This document shows, one piece after another, positions 10,201-21,559 of a stretch of 64,000 nucleotides of DNA. The position numbers were made by a program, and so were the translations under genes. The stretch is from contig NC_091283.1 in the NCBI RefSeq assembly GCF_032444005.1, positions 268,150,001-268,214,000 on the forward strand, written 5' to 3'. The stretch comes from Ranitomeya imitator. Taxonomy: Eukaryota. The notes beneath the pieces are model-generated. The model saw only the letters and a program-made list of their open reading frames with translations, did not search any database and was not told the DNA's origin. The number at the start of each line of letters is the position of its first letter. The first letter of the stretch is position 1.

Positions 10201-13200
10201 GAGGAGACCCGGGGAGGAGAGGACAATCAGAAGAGAGGAGAGGGGAAGTGAGGAGACCCGGGGAGGAGAGGACAATCAGAGGAGAGGGGAGGAGAGGACA
10301 ATCAGAGGAGAATGGAAGAGAGGAGAAGAGACCCGGAGAGGAGAGGGGAAGGGAGGAGAGGAGACCCGGGGAGTAGAGGACGATCAGAGGAGAGGGCAAG
10401 GAACATGGAGAGGAGAGAGAACCCGGGGATTAGAGGAGACCCAGGGAAGAGAGGAGAGGAGACCAGGGGAGGAGAGAAGAGGAGACCCGGGGGGGAGAGG
10501 ACAATCAGAGGAGAGGAGAGGGGAAGAAAGGAGAGGAGACCCGGGGAGGAGAGGACAATCAGAGGAGAGGGGAAGAGAAGAGAGGAGACCCGGGGAGGAG
10601 AGAAGAGGAGAGGGTACACGGAGAGGAGAGGACAAGGAACACGGATAGGGAACCCGGGAAGGAGAGGAGACCCGGGGAGAGGGTACACGGAGAGGAGAGA
10701 GAAGAGGACAAGGAACACGGAGCGGAGACCCAGGGAGGAGAGGAAATCTGGGAAAGAGAGGATAGGAGACCCGGAAAGCCAATCAGAAGACAGTAAAGGG
10801 GAGGAGAGGACAAGGAACACGGAGAGGAGAGGACAAGGAACACGGAGAGGAGAGGGAACCCAGGGAAGAGAGGGAACCAGAGGAGGAGAGGACAGGGAAC
10901 ATGAAGAGGAGAAAAAACCTGGGGAGAAGAGAAGAGGAGAGGAAACTCGGAGAGGGAAAGGGTAGGACAGGTAACCCAGGGAAGAGAGAAGAGGGAATAC
11001 AGAGAGTAGAGGGAACCCAGGGAGGAGAGGACAGGGAATACGGAAAAGAGAGGAAATCCGGGGAGGAGAGAAGAGGAAACACCGAGAGGACAGGAAACAC
11101 GGAGAGAAGAAGAGAGGGAACCCGGAAAGGAGAGGACGGGGAACATGGAGAGGACAAGGAACCTGGGAAGGAAAGAAGAAGGAACACGGACAGTAGAGTG
11201 ATCCAGGAGAGGACAGGGAACCCGGGGAGGAGAGGACTGGGAACACGGGGAGGAGAGGGAACCCAGGGAAGAGAGGGAACCAGAGGAGGAGAGGACAGGG
11301 AACATGAAGAGGAGAAAAAACCTCGGGAGGAGAGAAGAGGAGAGGAATCTCGGAGAGGGAAAGGGGAGGACAGGTAACCCAGGGAAGAGAGAAGAGGGAA
11401 CACAGACAGTAGAGGGAACCCAGGGAGGAGAGGGAACCTGGAGAGGGAACACAGAGAGGAGAGGAGACTCGGGGAGGAGAGGGAACCCTGGGAGGAGAAG
11501 AGAGGGGACTCGGGGAGGAGAGGACAGGGAATACGGAGAGGAGAGGGAACCTGAGGAGGAGAGAAGACGAAACACAAAGGAGAGGGAACCCAGAGAGGAG
11601 AGGGTACTCGGGGAGGAGAGGACGGACAGGGAACTAAAGAAAGGGGAGGGAACCAAAAAAGAAGAGAAGAGGATAAGAAACCTGGAGATGAGAGGGGACA
11701 AGGGGAGGAGAGGAGAGGGAACACGGAGAGGAGAGGGAACCCAGGGAAGAGAGGGAACCAGAGGAGGAGAGGACAGGGAACATGAAGAGGAGAAAAATCC
11801 TGGGGAGAAGAGAAGAGGAGAGGAAACTCGGAGAGGGAAAGGGTAGGACAGGTAACCCAGGGAAGAGAGAAGAGGGAATACAGGGAGTAGAGGGAACCCA
11901 GGGAGGAGAGGACAGGGAATACGGAAAAGAGAGGAAATCCGGGGAGGAGAGAAGAGGAAACACAGAGAGGACAGGAAACACGGAGAGAAGAAGAGAGGGA
12001 ACCCGGAAAGGAGAGGACGGGGAACATGGAGAGGACAAGGAACCTGGGAAGGAAAGAAGAAGGAACACGGACAGTAGAGTGATCCAGGAGAGGACAGGGA
12101 ACCCGGGGAGGAGAGGACTGGGAACACGGGGAGGAGAGGGAACCCAGGGAAGAGAGGGAACCAGAGGAGGAGAGGACAGGGAACATGAAGAGGAGAAAAA
12201 ACCTCGGGAGGAGAGAAGAGGAGAGGAATCTCGGAGAGGGAAAGGGGAGGACAGGTAACCCAGGGAAGAGAGAAGAGGGAACACAGACAGTAGAGGGAAC
12301 CCAGGGAGGAGAGGGAACCTGGAGAGGGAACACAGAGAGGAGAGGAGACTCGGGGAGGAGAGGGAACCCTGGGAGGAGAAGAGAGGGGACTCGGGGAGGA
12401 GAGGACAGGGAATACGGAGAGGAGAGGGAACCTGAGGAGGAGAGAAGACGAAACACAAAGGAGAGGGAACCCAGAGAGGAGAGGGTACTCGGGGAGGAGA
12501 GGACGGACAGGGAACTAAAGAAAGGGGAGGGAACCAAAAAAGAAGAGAAGAGGATAAGAAACCTGGAGATGAGTGGGGACAAGGGGAGGAGAGGAGAGGG
12601 AACACGAAGAGGAGAGGGTACCCGGCGAGGAGAGGAGAGGGAACACGAAGAGGAGAGGGAACCCGGAGAGGAGAGGGGACCTGTGGAGGAGAGGACAGGG
12701 AACCCGCAGAGGAGAAAAGAGGGAACCCGGAAAGGAGAGGGCAGGGAACATGGAAAGGACAGGGAACCTGGGAAGGAGAGAAGAGGGAACACAAAGAGGA
12801 GAGTGATCCCGGGGAATAGAGGACAGGGAACACGGAGAGGAGAGGGAACCCAGGGAGGAAAGGGAACCCGGGGAGGAGAGGAGAAGAGAGGAGACCCGGG
12901 GAGGAGAGGGGAAGAGATGAGACCTGGGGAGGAGAGGGGAAGAGAGGAGACCCGGGGAGGAGAGGACAGAGAACATGGAGAGGAGAGGGAACACGGAGAA
13001 AAGAAGGGACTAGAGGAGGAGAGGAGTGGGGACCTGGGAAGGAGAAGACAGAGAACACAGAGAGGAAACCCGGAGAGGAGAAAAGAGGGAACCCAGAGAA
13101 CATGGAGAGAAGAGGGAACCCAGGGAGTAGAGGGAACCCTGGGAGGCGAGGACAGGGAATATAGAGAGGAGAGGGAACCCGGCGATGAGAGAAGATGAAA

Positions 13201-13828
13201 CAAGGAGGAGAGGGAACCCGGAGAGGAGAGGGTACCCGGGGAGGATAGGACAGGGAACAAAAGAGAGGAGAGGCATCCTGGGGAGAAGAGATGAAACCTG
13301 GAGATGAGAAGGGACCCGGGGAGGAGAGGACAGGGAACACGGAGAGGAGAGGGAATCCGGGGCGGAGAGAAGAAGGAAAACGGAGAGGAGAAAGAACCCA
13401 GGGAGGAGAGGAGAGGGAACCCGGGGAGGAGAGGACAGGGAACACAAAGAGGAGAAGAAAGGTAACCCAGGGAGAAGAGGACAGGGAACAAAAGAGAAGA
13501 GAGGAATCCCGGGGAGAAGAGGAGAGGAAACCAGGAGATGAGAAGGGACCCGAGGAGGAGAGGGTAGGAAACACGGAGAGGAGAGAGAATCCGGGAGGAG
13601 AGAAGAAGGAACACGGAGTTGAGAGGGAACCCACGGAGAGGAGAGGGAACCTGGGGAGGAGAGGACAGGAAACACGAAGAGGAGAGGGAACCCATAGAGG
13701 AGAGGACAGGGAACAAAAGAGAGTAGAGGGAATCCAGGGAGAAGAGGAGAGGAAACCCGGAGATGAGATGGGACCTGGGGAGGAGAGGAAAGGGAACCCG
13801 GGAAGGAGAGAAGAGGGAACACAGAGAA
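7051..13828. repeat. Complex polypurine GA-rich satellite, block 1 (GGAGAGGAGACCCGGGGAGGAGAGG-type modules with higher-order repeats)
   Basis: The plus strand is overwhelmingly G/A. Modules are about 17-40 bp, with higher-order repeats of several hundred bp. Confidence 0.95.
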
Positions 13829-14210
13829 ATCAACAGACTGCCCTGGCACACCAGCCTGACCAAAGAACTGAGGCGAGCTTCCAGGGCTGCTGAGTTGAGA
13901 TGGAAAAGATCCCACTTCAACGAGCACTTCATTGTGTTCAAACAGTCACTCACTACTTTCAAGACCACACTCGCCACAGCTAAACAAAACTACGTCTCAT
14001 CTCTCATATCCTCCCTGTCTCACAACCCTAAACAGTTATTCAACACCTTCAATTCTCTCCTCCGTCCCCCAGCACCTCCTCCCTCCCCACTTATCTCAGC
14101 TGAAGACTTTGCCTCATTTTTCAAGCAGAAGATTGAGAACATCAGAGACATTTTTAGTCGACAACCCCCGGAGCCCTTCCTCCCAACTTCCCAGCCCTCC
14201 ACCTCCAAAC

Positions 14211-14437
14211 TATACACTAGATTCCTTGATAGGGCGTTGATCCAGGGAACTAGTCTGATTGCCGTATGTGGAGTCGGGAAGGAATTTTTTTCCCCAATGT
14301 GGAGCTTACTCTTACCACATGGTTTTTTTTTGCCTTCCTCTGGATCAACATGTTAGGGCATGTTAGGTTAGGCTATGGGTTGAACTAGATGGACTTATAG
14401 TCTTCCTTCAACCTTAATAACTATGTAACTATGTAAC
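14211..14437 (+). mobile_element. CR1 LINE 3' fragment inserted in the L2
   Basis: GGTTGAACTAGATGGACTT...TTCAACC followed by a (CTATGTAA)n octamer tail, typical of amphibian CR1 3' ends. It interrupts the L2 sequence. Confidence 0.8.
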
Positions 14438-15565
14438 CAGCTTCTCCGCCATTACAGAAGATCGACTCTCCACTCTACTCTCAAGATCGCATCTCACCAT
14501 CTGTGCACTTGACCCGATCCCATCCCACTTCATCCCAAACCTCGCCACAGTCCATCCCAACCCTAACCCAACTCTTCAAACTATCACTAACAACTGGTGT
14601 TTTCCCCTTAATCACACCTATCCTCAAATAGCCCTCTCTTGACCCATCCTCTGTATCTAGCTATCGCCCTATATCACTTCTCCCCTATGCCTCAAAACTA
14701 CTGGAACAACACATCCATCTTGAACTGTCCTCTCATCTATCGTCCAGCTCCCTCTTCGACCGCATACAATCTGGCTTCTGGTCACACCATTCCACTGAAA
14801 CTGCCCTTACTAAGGTCACCAATGACCTATTAACCGCCAAGAGCAAGCGACAGTACTCTGTCCTCTTCCTCCTGGACCTGTCGGCTGCCTTTGACACAGT
14901 GGACCATTCCCTGCTGCTGCAGACCCTCTCATCCCTTGGCATCACAGACTTGGCCCTATCCTGGATCTCGTCATACCTAACAGACCGGACATTCAGCGTC
15001 TCCCACTCACACACCACCTCCTCACCTCGCTCCCTATTTGTCGGAGTCCCACAAGGTTCAGTCCTTGGGCCCTGCTCTTCTCCATTTACACCTTTGGCCT
15101 GGGACAGCTCATAGAATCTCATGGCTTTCAGTATCATCTCTATGCTGATAAGACACAGATCTACATCTCTGGACCAGATATCACCTTCCTACTAACCAGA
15201 ATCCCTCAATTTCAGTCCACTATTTCATCCCTCTCCGCTAGATTTCGGAAACTTAACATGGACAAAACAGAATTCATCATCTTTCCCCCATCTCACGCGA
15301 CCCCCCCAACGAACCTATCCATTACAGTAAATGGCTGCCCACTCTCCCCAGTCCCATAGGCTCGCTGCCTCGGGGTAATCCTTGACACTGATCGCTCCTT
15401 CAAACCACATATCCAAGCCCTTTCCACTTCCTGCCGCCTTCAACTCAAAAACATTTCCCGGATCGGTACATTCCTAAACCAAGAATCTGCAAAAACCCTA
15501 GTCCATGCTCTCATCATCTCCCGCCTCAACTACTGCAACCTCCTGCTCTGTGGCCTCCCCTCTAA

Positions 15566-15888
15566 GGCCGGTGTCACACTGGCGTATTGCATCCGATGCG
15601 AAATCATCGGATGCAATATGCTAATGACACTCGGCTCCTGCTCGCAGCAGAGCAGGAGCCGAGTGTCATGCGTCTGTGCTCCGATTCTCTCGCACAGGGA
15701 GGATCGGAGCACAGCTGCGGAGGAGGCGGAGAAATGAATTTCTCCATCTCCTCCATTGCTGGGGTCCGCTTATAACGCACATCACTTGGATGATATCCGA
15801 GTGGTGTGCGCTGTCTCACTCGCACCCATAGGCTTATATGGGTGCGAGTGAGCCGAGAGTTTTCCTCGGTCCGAGATAATCGCAGCAT
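15566..15888. mobile_element. PIF/Harbinger-like MITE inserted in the L2, right end lost
   Basis: TAA|GGCCGGTGTCACACT left terminus with internal palindromes. L2 sequence resumes at ~15889 after a deletion. Confidence 0.75.
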
Positions 15889-16422
15889 GGCTCCCCATTG
15901 CCCAGAGACTTCAGTACAAAACCCTAACCATGGCATACAAAGCCATCCACAACCTGTCTCCTCCATACATCTGTGACCTCGTCTCCCGATACTTACCTAC
16001 ATGCAACCTCCGATCCTCACAAGATCTCCTTCTCTACTCCCCTCTCATCTCCTCTTCCCACAATCGCATACAAGATTTCTCTCGCGTATCTCCCCTACTC
16101 TGGAACTCTCTCCCACAACATATCAGACTGTCACCTACCATCGAAACCTTCAAAAAGAACCTGAAGACCCACCTCTTCCGACAAGCCTACAACCTGCAGT
16201 AACCACCGATCGGCCAAACCGCTGCATGACCAGCTCTATCCTCACCTACTGTATTCTCACCCATCCCTTGTAGATTGTGAGCCCTCACGGGCAGGGTCCT
16301 CTCTCCTACTGTACCAGTTGTGACTTGTATTGTTCAAGATTATTGTACCTGTTTTTATTATGTACACCCCTCCTCACATGTAAAGCACCATGGAATAAAT
16401 GGCGCTATAATAATAATAATAA

Positions 16423-19400
16423 CCCAGAGAGGAGAGGAGCAGGAACCCGGGGAGGAGAGGACAAGGAACATGGAGAGGCTAGGGAACACGGAGAGGAGAG
16501 GGAATTCGGGGAGGAGAGAAGAGGAGAGGGAACCCAGAAAGCAGAGGACAGGGAATATGGAGAGGAGAGGGAACCAAGGGAGGAGATAAGAGGAAACACA
16601 TAGAGGAGTGGGAACCCGGGGAAGAGAGGACAGGGAACACAGAGAGGAGAGGGAACATGGAGAGGCGATGGAACGGAAAGGAGAGGACTGGGAACACCAA
16701 GAGAAGAGAAGAAGGAACCCGGAGAGGAGAGGGAATCCGGAGAGGAGAAAAGAGGGAACCCAGAAAGGAGAGGACTGGGAACACAGAAAAGGGAACCTGG
16801 GGAGGAAAGAAGAGGGAACATGAAGAGGAGATGGAATCCAGGGAGGAGAGAACAGGGAACGCGGAGAGGAGAGGGAACCCAATGAGGAAAGGAGAGGAAA
16901 CATGGAGAGGAGAAAAGAAGGAACACAGAAAGGACAGGGAACATGGAGAGGAGGGAACCCGGGGGGAGGAGAGAAGAGGAAACATGGAGAGGAGAGGGAT
17001 CCCGGGGAAGAAACGAAAGGGAACACGGAGAGGATAGCAGAGGGGACCTGGGGAGGTAAGGAGAGGGGATCCGTGGAGGAGAGGAGAGGGAACCCAGGGA
17101 GGAGAGGAGAGGGAATGCGGAGAAGAGAGGATAGGGGACCTGGGGAGGAGAGGCACTTGTAGAGGAGAGGGAACCCAGGGAGGAGAGAAGAGGGGACCCG
17201 GGGAGAAGAGAGGGGACCCGAGTAGGGGAGGAGAGGGAACCCAATGAGGAAAGGAGAGGAAACATGGAGAGGAGAAATGAGGGAACACAGGACAGGGAAC
17301 ATGGAGAGGAGAGGGAACCCGGGGGGGGGGAGGAGAGAAGAGGAAACATGGAGAGGAGAGGGATCCCGGGGAAGAAACGGAAGGGAACACGGAGAGGAGA
17401 GGAAACCCGGAGAGGATAGCAGAGGGGACCTGGGGAGGTGAGGAGAGGGGATCCGTGGAGGAGAGGAGAGGGGACCCAGATAGGAGAGGAGAGGGAACCC
17501 AAGGAGGAGAGGAGAGGGAATGCGGAGAAGAGAGGAGACTCGGAGAGGAGAGGGGACCTGGGGAGGAGAGGGCACTTTTAGAGGAGAGGGAACCCAGGGA
17601 GGAGAAGAGAGGGGACCCAGGGAGAGGAGAGGGGACCAGGGAGGAGAGGTGAGGGTATCATAGAGGAGAGGGGACCCAGGGAGGAGAGGAGAGGGAACCC
17701 GGAGAGGAGACCCAGGGAGGTGAGGAGAGGGGAAGAGAGGTGTCCCGGAGAGGAGAGGCAAGGGAACCCAGAGAAGAGAGGGAATGCAGAGAGGAGAGGG
17801 AACCCGAGGAGGAGCGGAGAGGACACCTGGAGATGAGAGGGGACCTGGGGAGGAGAGAAGAGGGAACACGGAGAGGAGAGAGAAATCAACAGACAGCCCT
17901 GACAGTCCTCCCAGGAGGAGACGAGAGGAGAAGAGAGGAGAGCTGGGGAGGAGAGGGGATCGGGGAAGAGAAGAAAGGAGAGGGAACCCGGGGAGAAGAG
18001 GAGAGGGAACCAGGTAGGAGACAAGCGGGAACCCGAAGAGGAGACCCGGGGAGGAGAAGAAAGGGAACCTGGGAGTGAGAACAGAGGGAACCCGTAGAGG
18101 AAAGGAGAAGGAACCTGGAGAGGAGACACGGAGAGGAGACCTGGATAGGAGAGGGAACCCAAGGAGGAGAGGGAATGAGGAGAGGAGAGGGGACCCGGAG
18201 AGGAGAGGGCCCAGGGAGGAGAGGAGAGGGGACCCGGAAAGGACAGGAGACCTTGAGAAGAGAGGACACAGGGAGGAGTGGATAGGAGAGAGGACCCGGG
18301 GAGTAGAAGAGAGGGAACCAGGTAGGAGACGAGCAGGAACCCGGAGAGGAGAGGAGACCCGGGGAGGAGAAGAGAGGGAACCTGAGAATGAGAACAGAGG
18401 GAACCCGTAGAGGAAAGAAGGAACCTGGGGAGGAGACAAGAGAAGAGGGAACATGGAGATGAGAGGGAACACGGAGAGTAGAAGAGAGGAGACCCGGGGA
18501 GGAGTGGGAACCCGGGGAAGAGAGGGAACATGGAAAGGAGAAGAGAGGAGACCGTGGAGGAGAGGAGAGGGAACCCAGAGAGGAGAGGGAATGAGGAGAG
18601 GAGAGGGAACCCGGAGAGGAGAGGAAACCCAAGGAGGAGAGGGAACGAGGAAAGGGGAACCGGAGAGGAGATAGAACCCGGAGAGGAGAGGGGACACGGA
18701 TAGGAGAGGGGACCCGGATAGGAGAGGGAAACCAAGGAGGAGAGGGGACCTGGAGAGGAGAGGGGACCCGGAGAGGATATGGGACCTTGAGAGGAGAGGA
18801 CGCAGGGAGGAGTGGAGAGTAGAGGGGACTTTGAGAGGTGAGGACACAGGGAGGAGTGGACAGGAGAGAGGACCCGGGGAGAAGAAGAGAGGGAACCAGG
18901 CAGGAGACGAGCAGGAACCCGGAGAGGAGAGGAGACCCGGGGAGGAGAAGAGAAGGAACCTGGGAATGAGAACAGAGGGAACCCGTAGAGGAAAAGAGAA
19001 GGAACCTGGGGAGGAGACAAGAGAAGAGGGAACACGGAGATGAGAGGGAACAGGGAGAGTAGAAGGGAGGAGACCCGGGGAGGAGTGGGAACCTGGGGAA
19101 GAGAGGGAACATGGAAAGGAGAAGAGAGGACACCGTGGAGGAGAGGGAACCCGGAGAGTAGAGGGAATGAGGACAGAAGAGGGGACCTGGAGAGGAGAGG
19201 AAACCCAAGGAGGAGAGGGAGCGAGAAGAGGAGAGGGGAACCGGAGAGGAGATAGAACCCGGAGAGGAGAGGGGACACGGATAGGAGAGGGGACCCGGAG
19301 AGGATAGGGGACCTTGAGAGGAGAGGACCCAGGGAGGAGAGGAGAGGGGACCAGGGGAGTAGAAGAGAGGGAACCAGGTAGGAGACGAGCGGAACTCGGA

Positions 19401-19495
19401 GAGGAGACCCGGGGAGGAGAAGAGAGGGAACATGGGAATGAGAACAGAGGGAACCCGTAGAGGAAAGGAGAAGGAACCTGGGGAGGAGACCTTTT
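16423..19495. repeat. GA-rich satellite, block 2
   Basis: Same module family (GAGGAGAGGGAACCC), more diverged. Confidence 0.95.
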
Positions 19496-19667
19496 GATTG
19501 TTCCTGCCTGAGTGGGAGTAGTTATATCGCCTAGCTGCAGCGTGCCCAATAGCCAGTACATAGCAGGCAGCCTTTCTGGCGACTAATTACCCTAGGTGCA
19601 GTACCTAATCTGACCTGAAAGTAAGGGGGGCTCCAGAGAGCTGCAAGTTCTCAAGCGGAACTGTAAA
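19496..19667 (+). mobile_element. Fragment of a Gmr1-family LTR, opposite orientation to the 25806 LTR
   Basis: Reverse complement of ~26040-26215. A longer version lies at 47397-47801. Confidence 0.88.
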
Positions 19668-20890
19668 TGGGGAGTAGAGAAGTAGAGAGTAGAGAGAAGT
19701 GGGGAGTAGAGAAGAGGGGACCTGGAGAGGAGAGGGAACATGGAGAGGAGAATAGAGGAGACCCGGGGAGGAGATAAGAGGGAACCCAGAGAGGAGAGGG
19801 AACCCGAGGAGGAGAGGAAATACGGAAAGAAGAAGAAAGGAGACCCAGAGAGGAGAGGGAACCCAAGGAGGAGGTGAGAAGGAACCCAGAGAGCAGACCT
19901 GGGGAGGAGAGGAGAGGAAACCAGGGAGAAGAGAGGAGAGGGGACCCGGGGAGGAGAGGGAACACGGAGAGGAAAGGAGAAGAGAGGAGACCCGGGGTGG
20001 AGAGGAGAGGAGACCGGGTAGGAGAGGAGAGGGAATCTGGAAAGGAGAGGGAACACAGAGAGGAGAAGATAGGAGACCCGGGCAGGAGAAGAGACGAGAC
20101 AGGCGAGGAGAGGAGAGGGAACTCGGAAAGGAGAGGGAACCTGGGGAGGAGACGAGAGGGGAGGGAACCCGGGGTGGGGAGGAGCAGGAAACGGGATGAG
20201 AGGAAAGAAGAGGCTGCAGAGGAGAGGAGAGGGAACCCACAGTGGAGAGGGAACCCGGGGAGGAGAGAGAACACGCAATGGAGAGGGAACCTGGGGAGAA
20301 GACAAGAGGGATCCTAACAGGGAGATGAGAGGAGAAGGAACCTGGAGTAGAGAGGGAGCATGGAGAGAAGAGAGGGAACCTGGGGAGGAGAGAAGAGGAG
20401 AGGGAAATCAGAGAGGAGAAGAGAGAAAACCCGGAATGGAGAGAAGATGGAACCCAGGGAGGAGAGGAGAGTAGAGGGATCTTGGGAAGGAGAGGAAACC
20501 CGGGGAGGTGAATGAGAGGAGAGGAGAAATAAGGAGAGTGATCCCAGAAAGGAGAGGAGAGAGAACCTGGGGAGGATAACAGAGGGAACACGTAGAGGAT
20601 AGGAGAGGGATCCCGGGGAGGAGACAAGAGTAGAGGGAACCCGGGGAGGAGAGGGAATTTGGGAAGAATAGGCGAGGGAACATGGGTTGGAGAAGAGTGG
20701 AGACCCAGGAAGGAAAGGTAATCCGAGAAGGAGAGGAGAGGGAACACAGGGAGGAGAGAAGAGGGAAACCAAAGAGAAGAGGCTGCAGAGCCAGTCGAGG
20801 AGATGAGAGGAAAGGAGAGGGAACAAGGAAAGGAGACAAGAGGATAGGTGAGGTGAGGGAGGAGAGGGAACCCAGGGAGGACAGGAGAGG
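19668..20890. repeat. GA-rich satellite, block 3
   Basis: Polypurine modules, the most diverged block. Confidence 0.93.
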
Positions 20891-21137
20891 GCTCAGCTCA
20901 AGATTAGATACATGGCTCAGCAGACTTTATCACACAGGAGAGGATTAGAAATAGGGCTCAGCAGTTAGTATCACACACGATGGGCTTACATATACGGCTC
21001 AGCAGTCAGTATCACAAATGACGGGCTTAGATACACGGTTCAGCAGTCAGTATCACACATCCCGGGCTTAGATACACGGTTCAGCAGTCAGTATCACACA
21101 TGACGGGCTTACACACACGGCTCAACAGTCAGTATCT
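20891..21137. repeat. 41-bp minisatellite (CGGCTCAGCAGTCAGTATCACACATGACGGGCTTAGATACA)n
   Basis: Period 41 (20996, 21037...). About 6 units here and about 8 at 49205-49534. Confidence 0.92.
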
Positions 21138-21559
21138 CTTGTTAGCAGGGGCGGATTATCAGAGGGTCAATATGGGCGGTAGCCCAGGGCCCAGTGGTCT
21201 GGGGGGGCCTGGGGGCTACCGCACAGATTGACCCTCCACTAATTGTCTGAATGCCCGCCGGCATTTGTGTGCCCCCGGACCTGGTGGGCAGAGAGAGGGG
21301 GCCCGCATTGGTTGGGAGGTGCGTGTATCAGCCGGTCAGCTGAGAGCTTCGAGTCCCTGCACCAGGCCTGCACAGCAGCACACCACATAATGGCTGCTCT
21401 GTGCACAGGACCTGTGATGAGGTCACAGGATGGGAGGAGTCAGGGGTCACATGATCGGGAGGACATCCTTGTACAGGACTTTGCTGGTTGCCACGGCGCC
21501 GAAGGAGGGTAAGGCAGCGTATGTGTGAGGTCAGGAGGTGTTTACAGGGTGGATGTAGC

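Larger units (their letters stand above)
13829..16422 (+). mobile_element. 5'-truncated, degenerate L2 (CR1-superfamily) LINE with (TAA)n tail
   Basis: RT motifs [27 protein letters not shown] and YAD-TQIY. L2-type 3' end TAGATTGTGAGCCCTCACGGGCAGGG...AAATGGCGCTATAATAATAATAA. Confidence 0.92.

Noticed and set aside
6711-20948. Very long ORFs (up to ~1070 aa) rich in Leu/Ser/Pro (minus strand) or Arg/Gly/Glu (plus strand), repeated at 38454-49222
   Set aside because: A polypurine/polypyrimidine satellite is depleted of stop codons. ORFs are open in several frames on both strands, with no domain and frequent frame-breaking indels between the duplicates.
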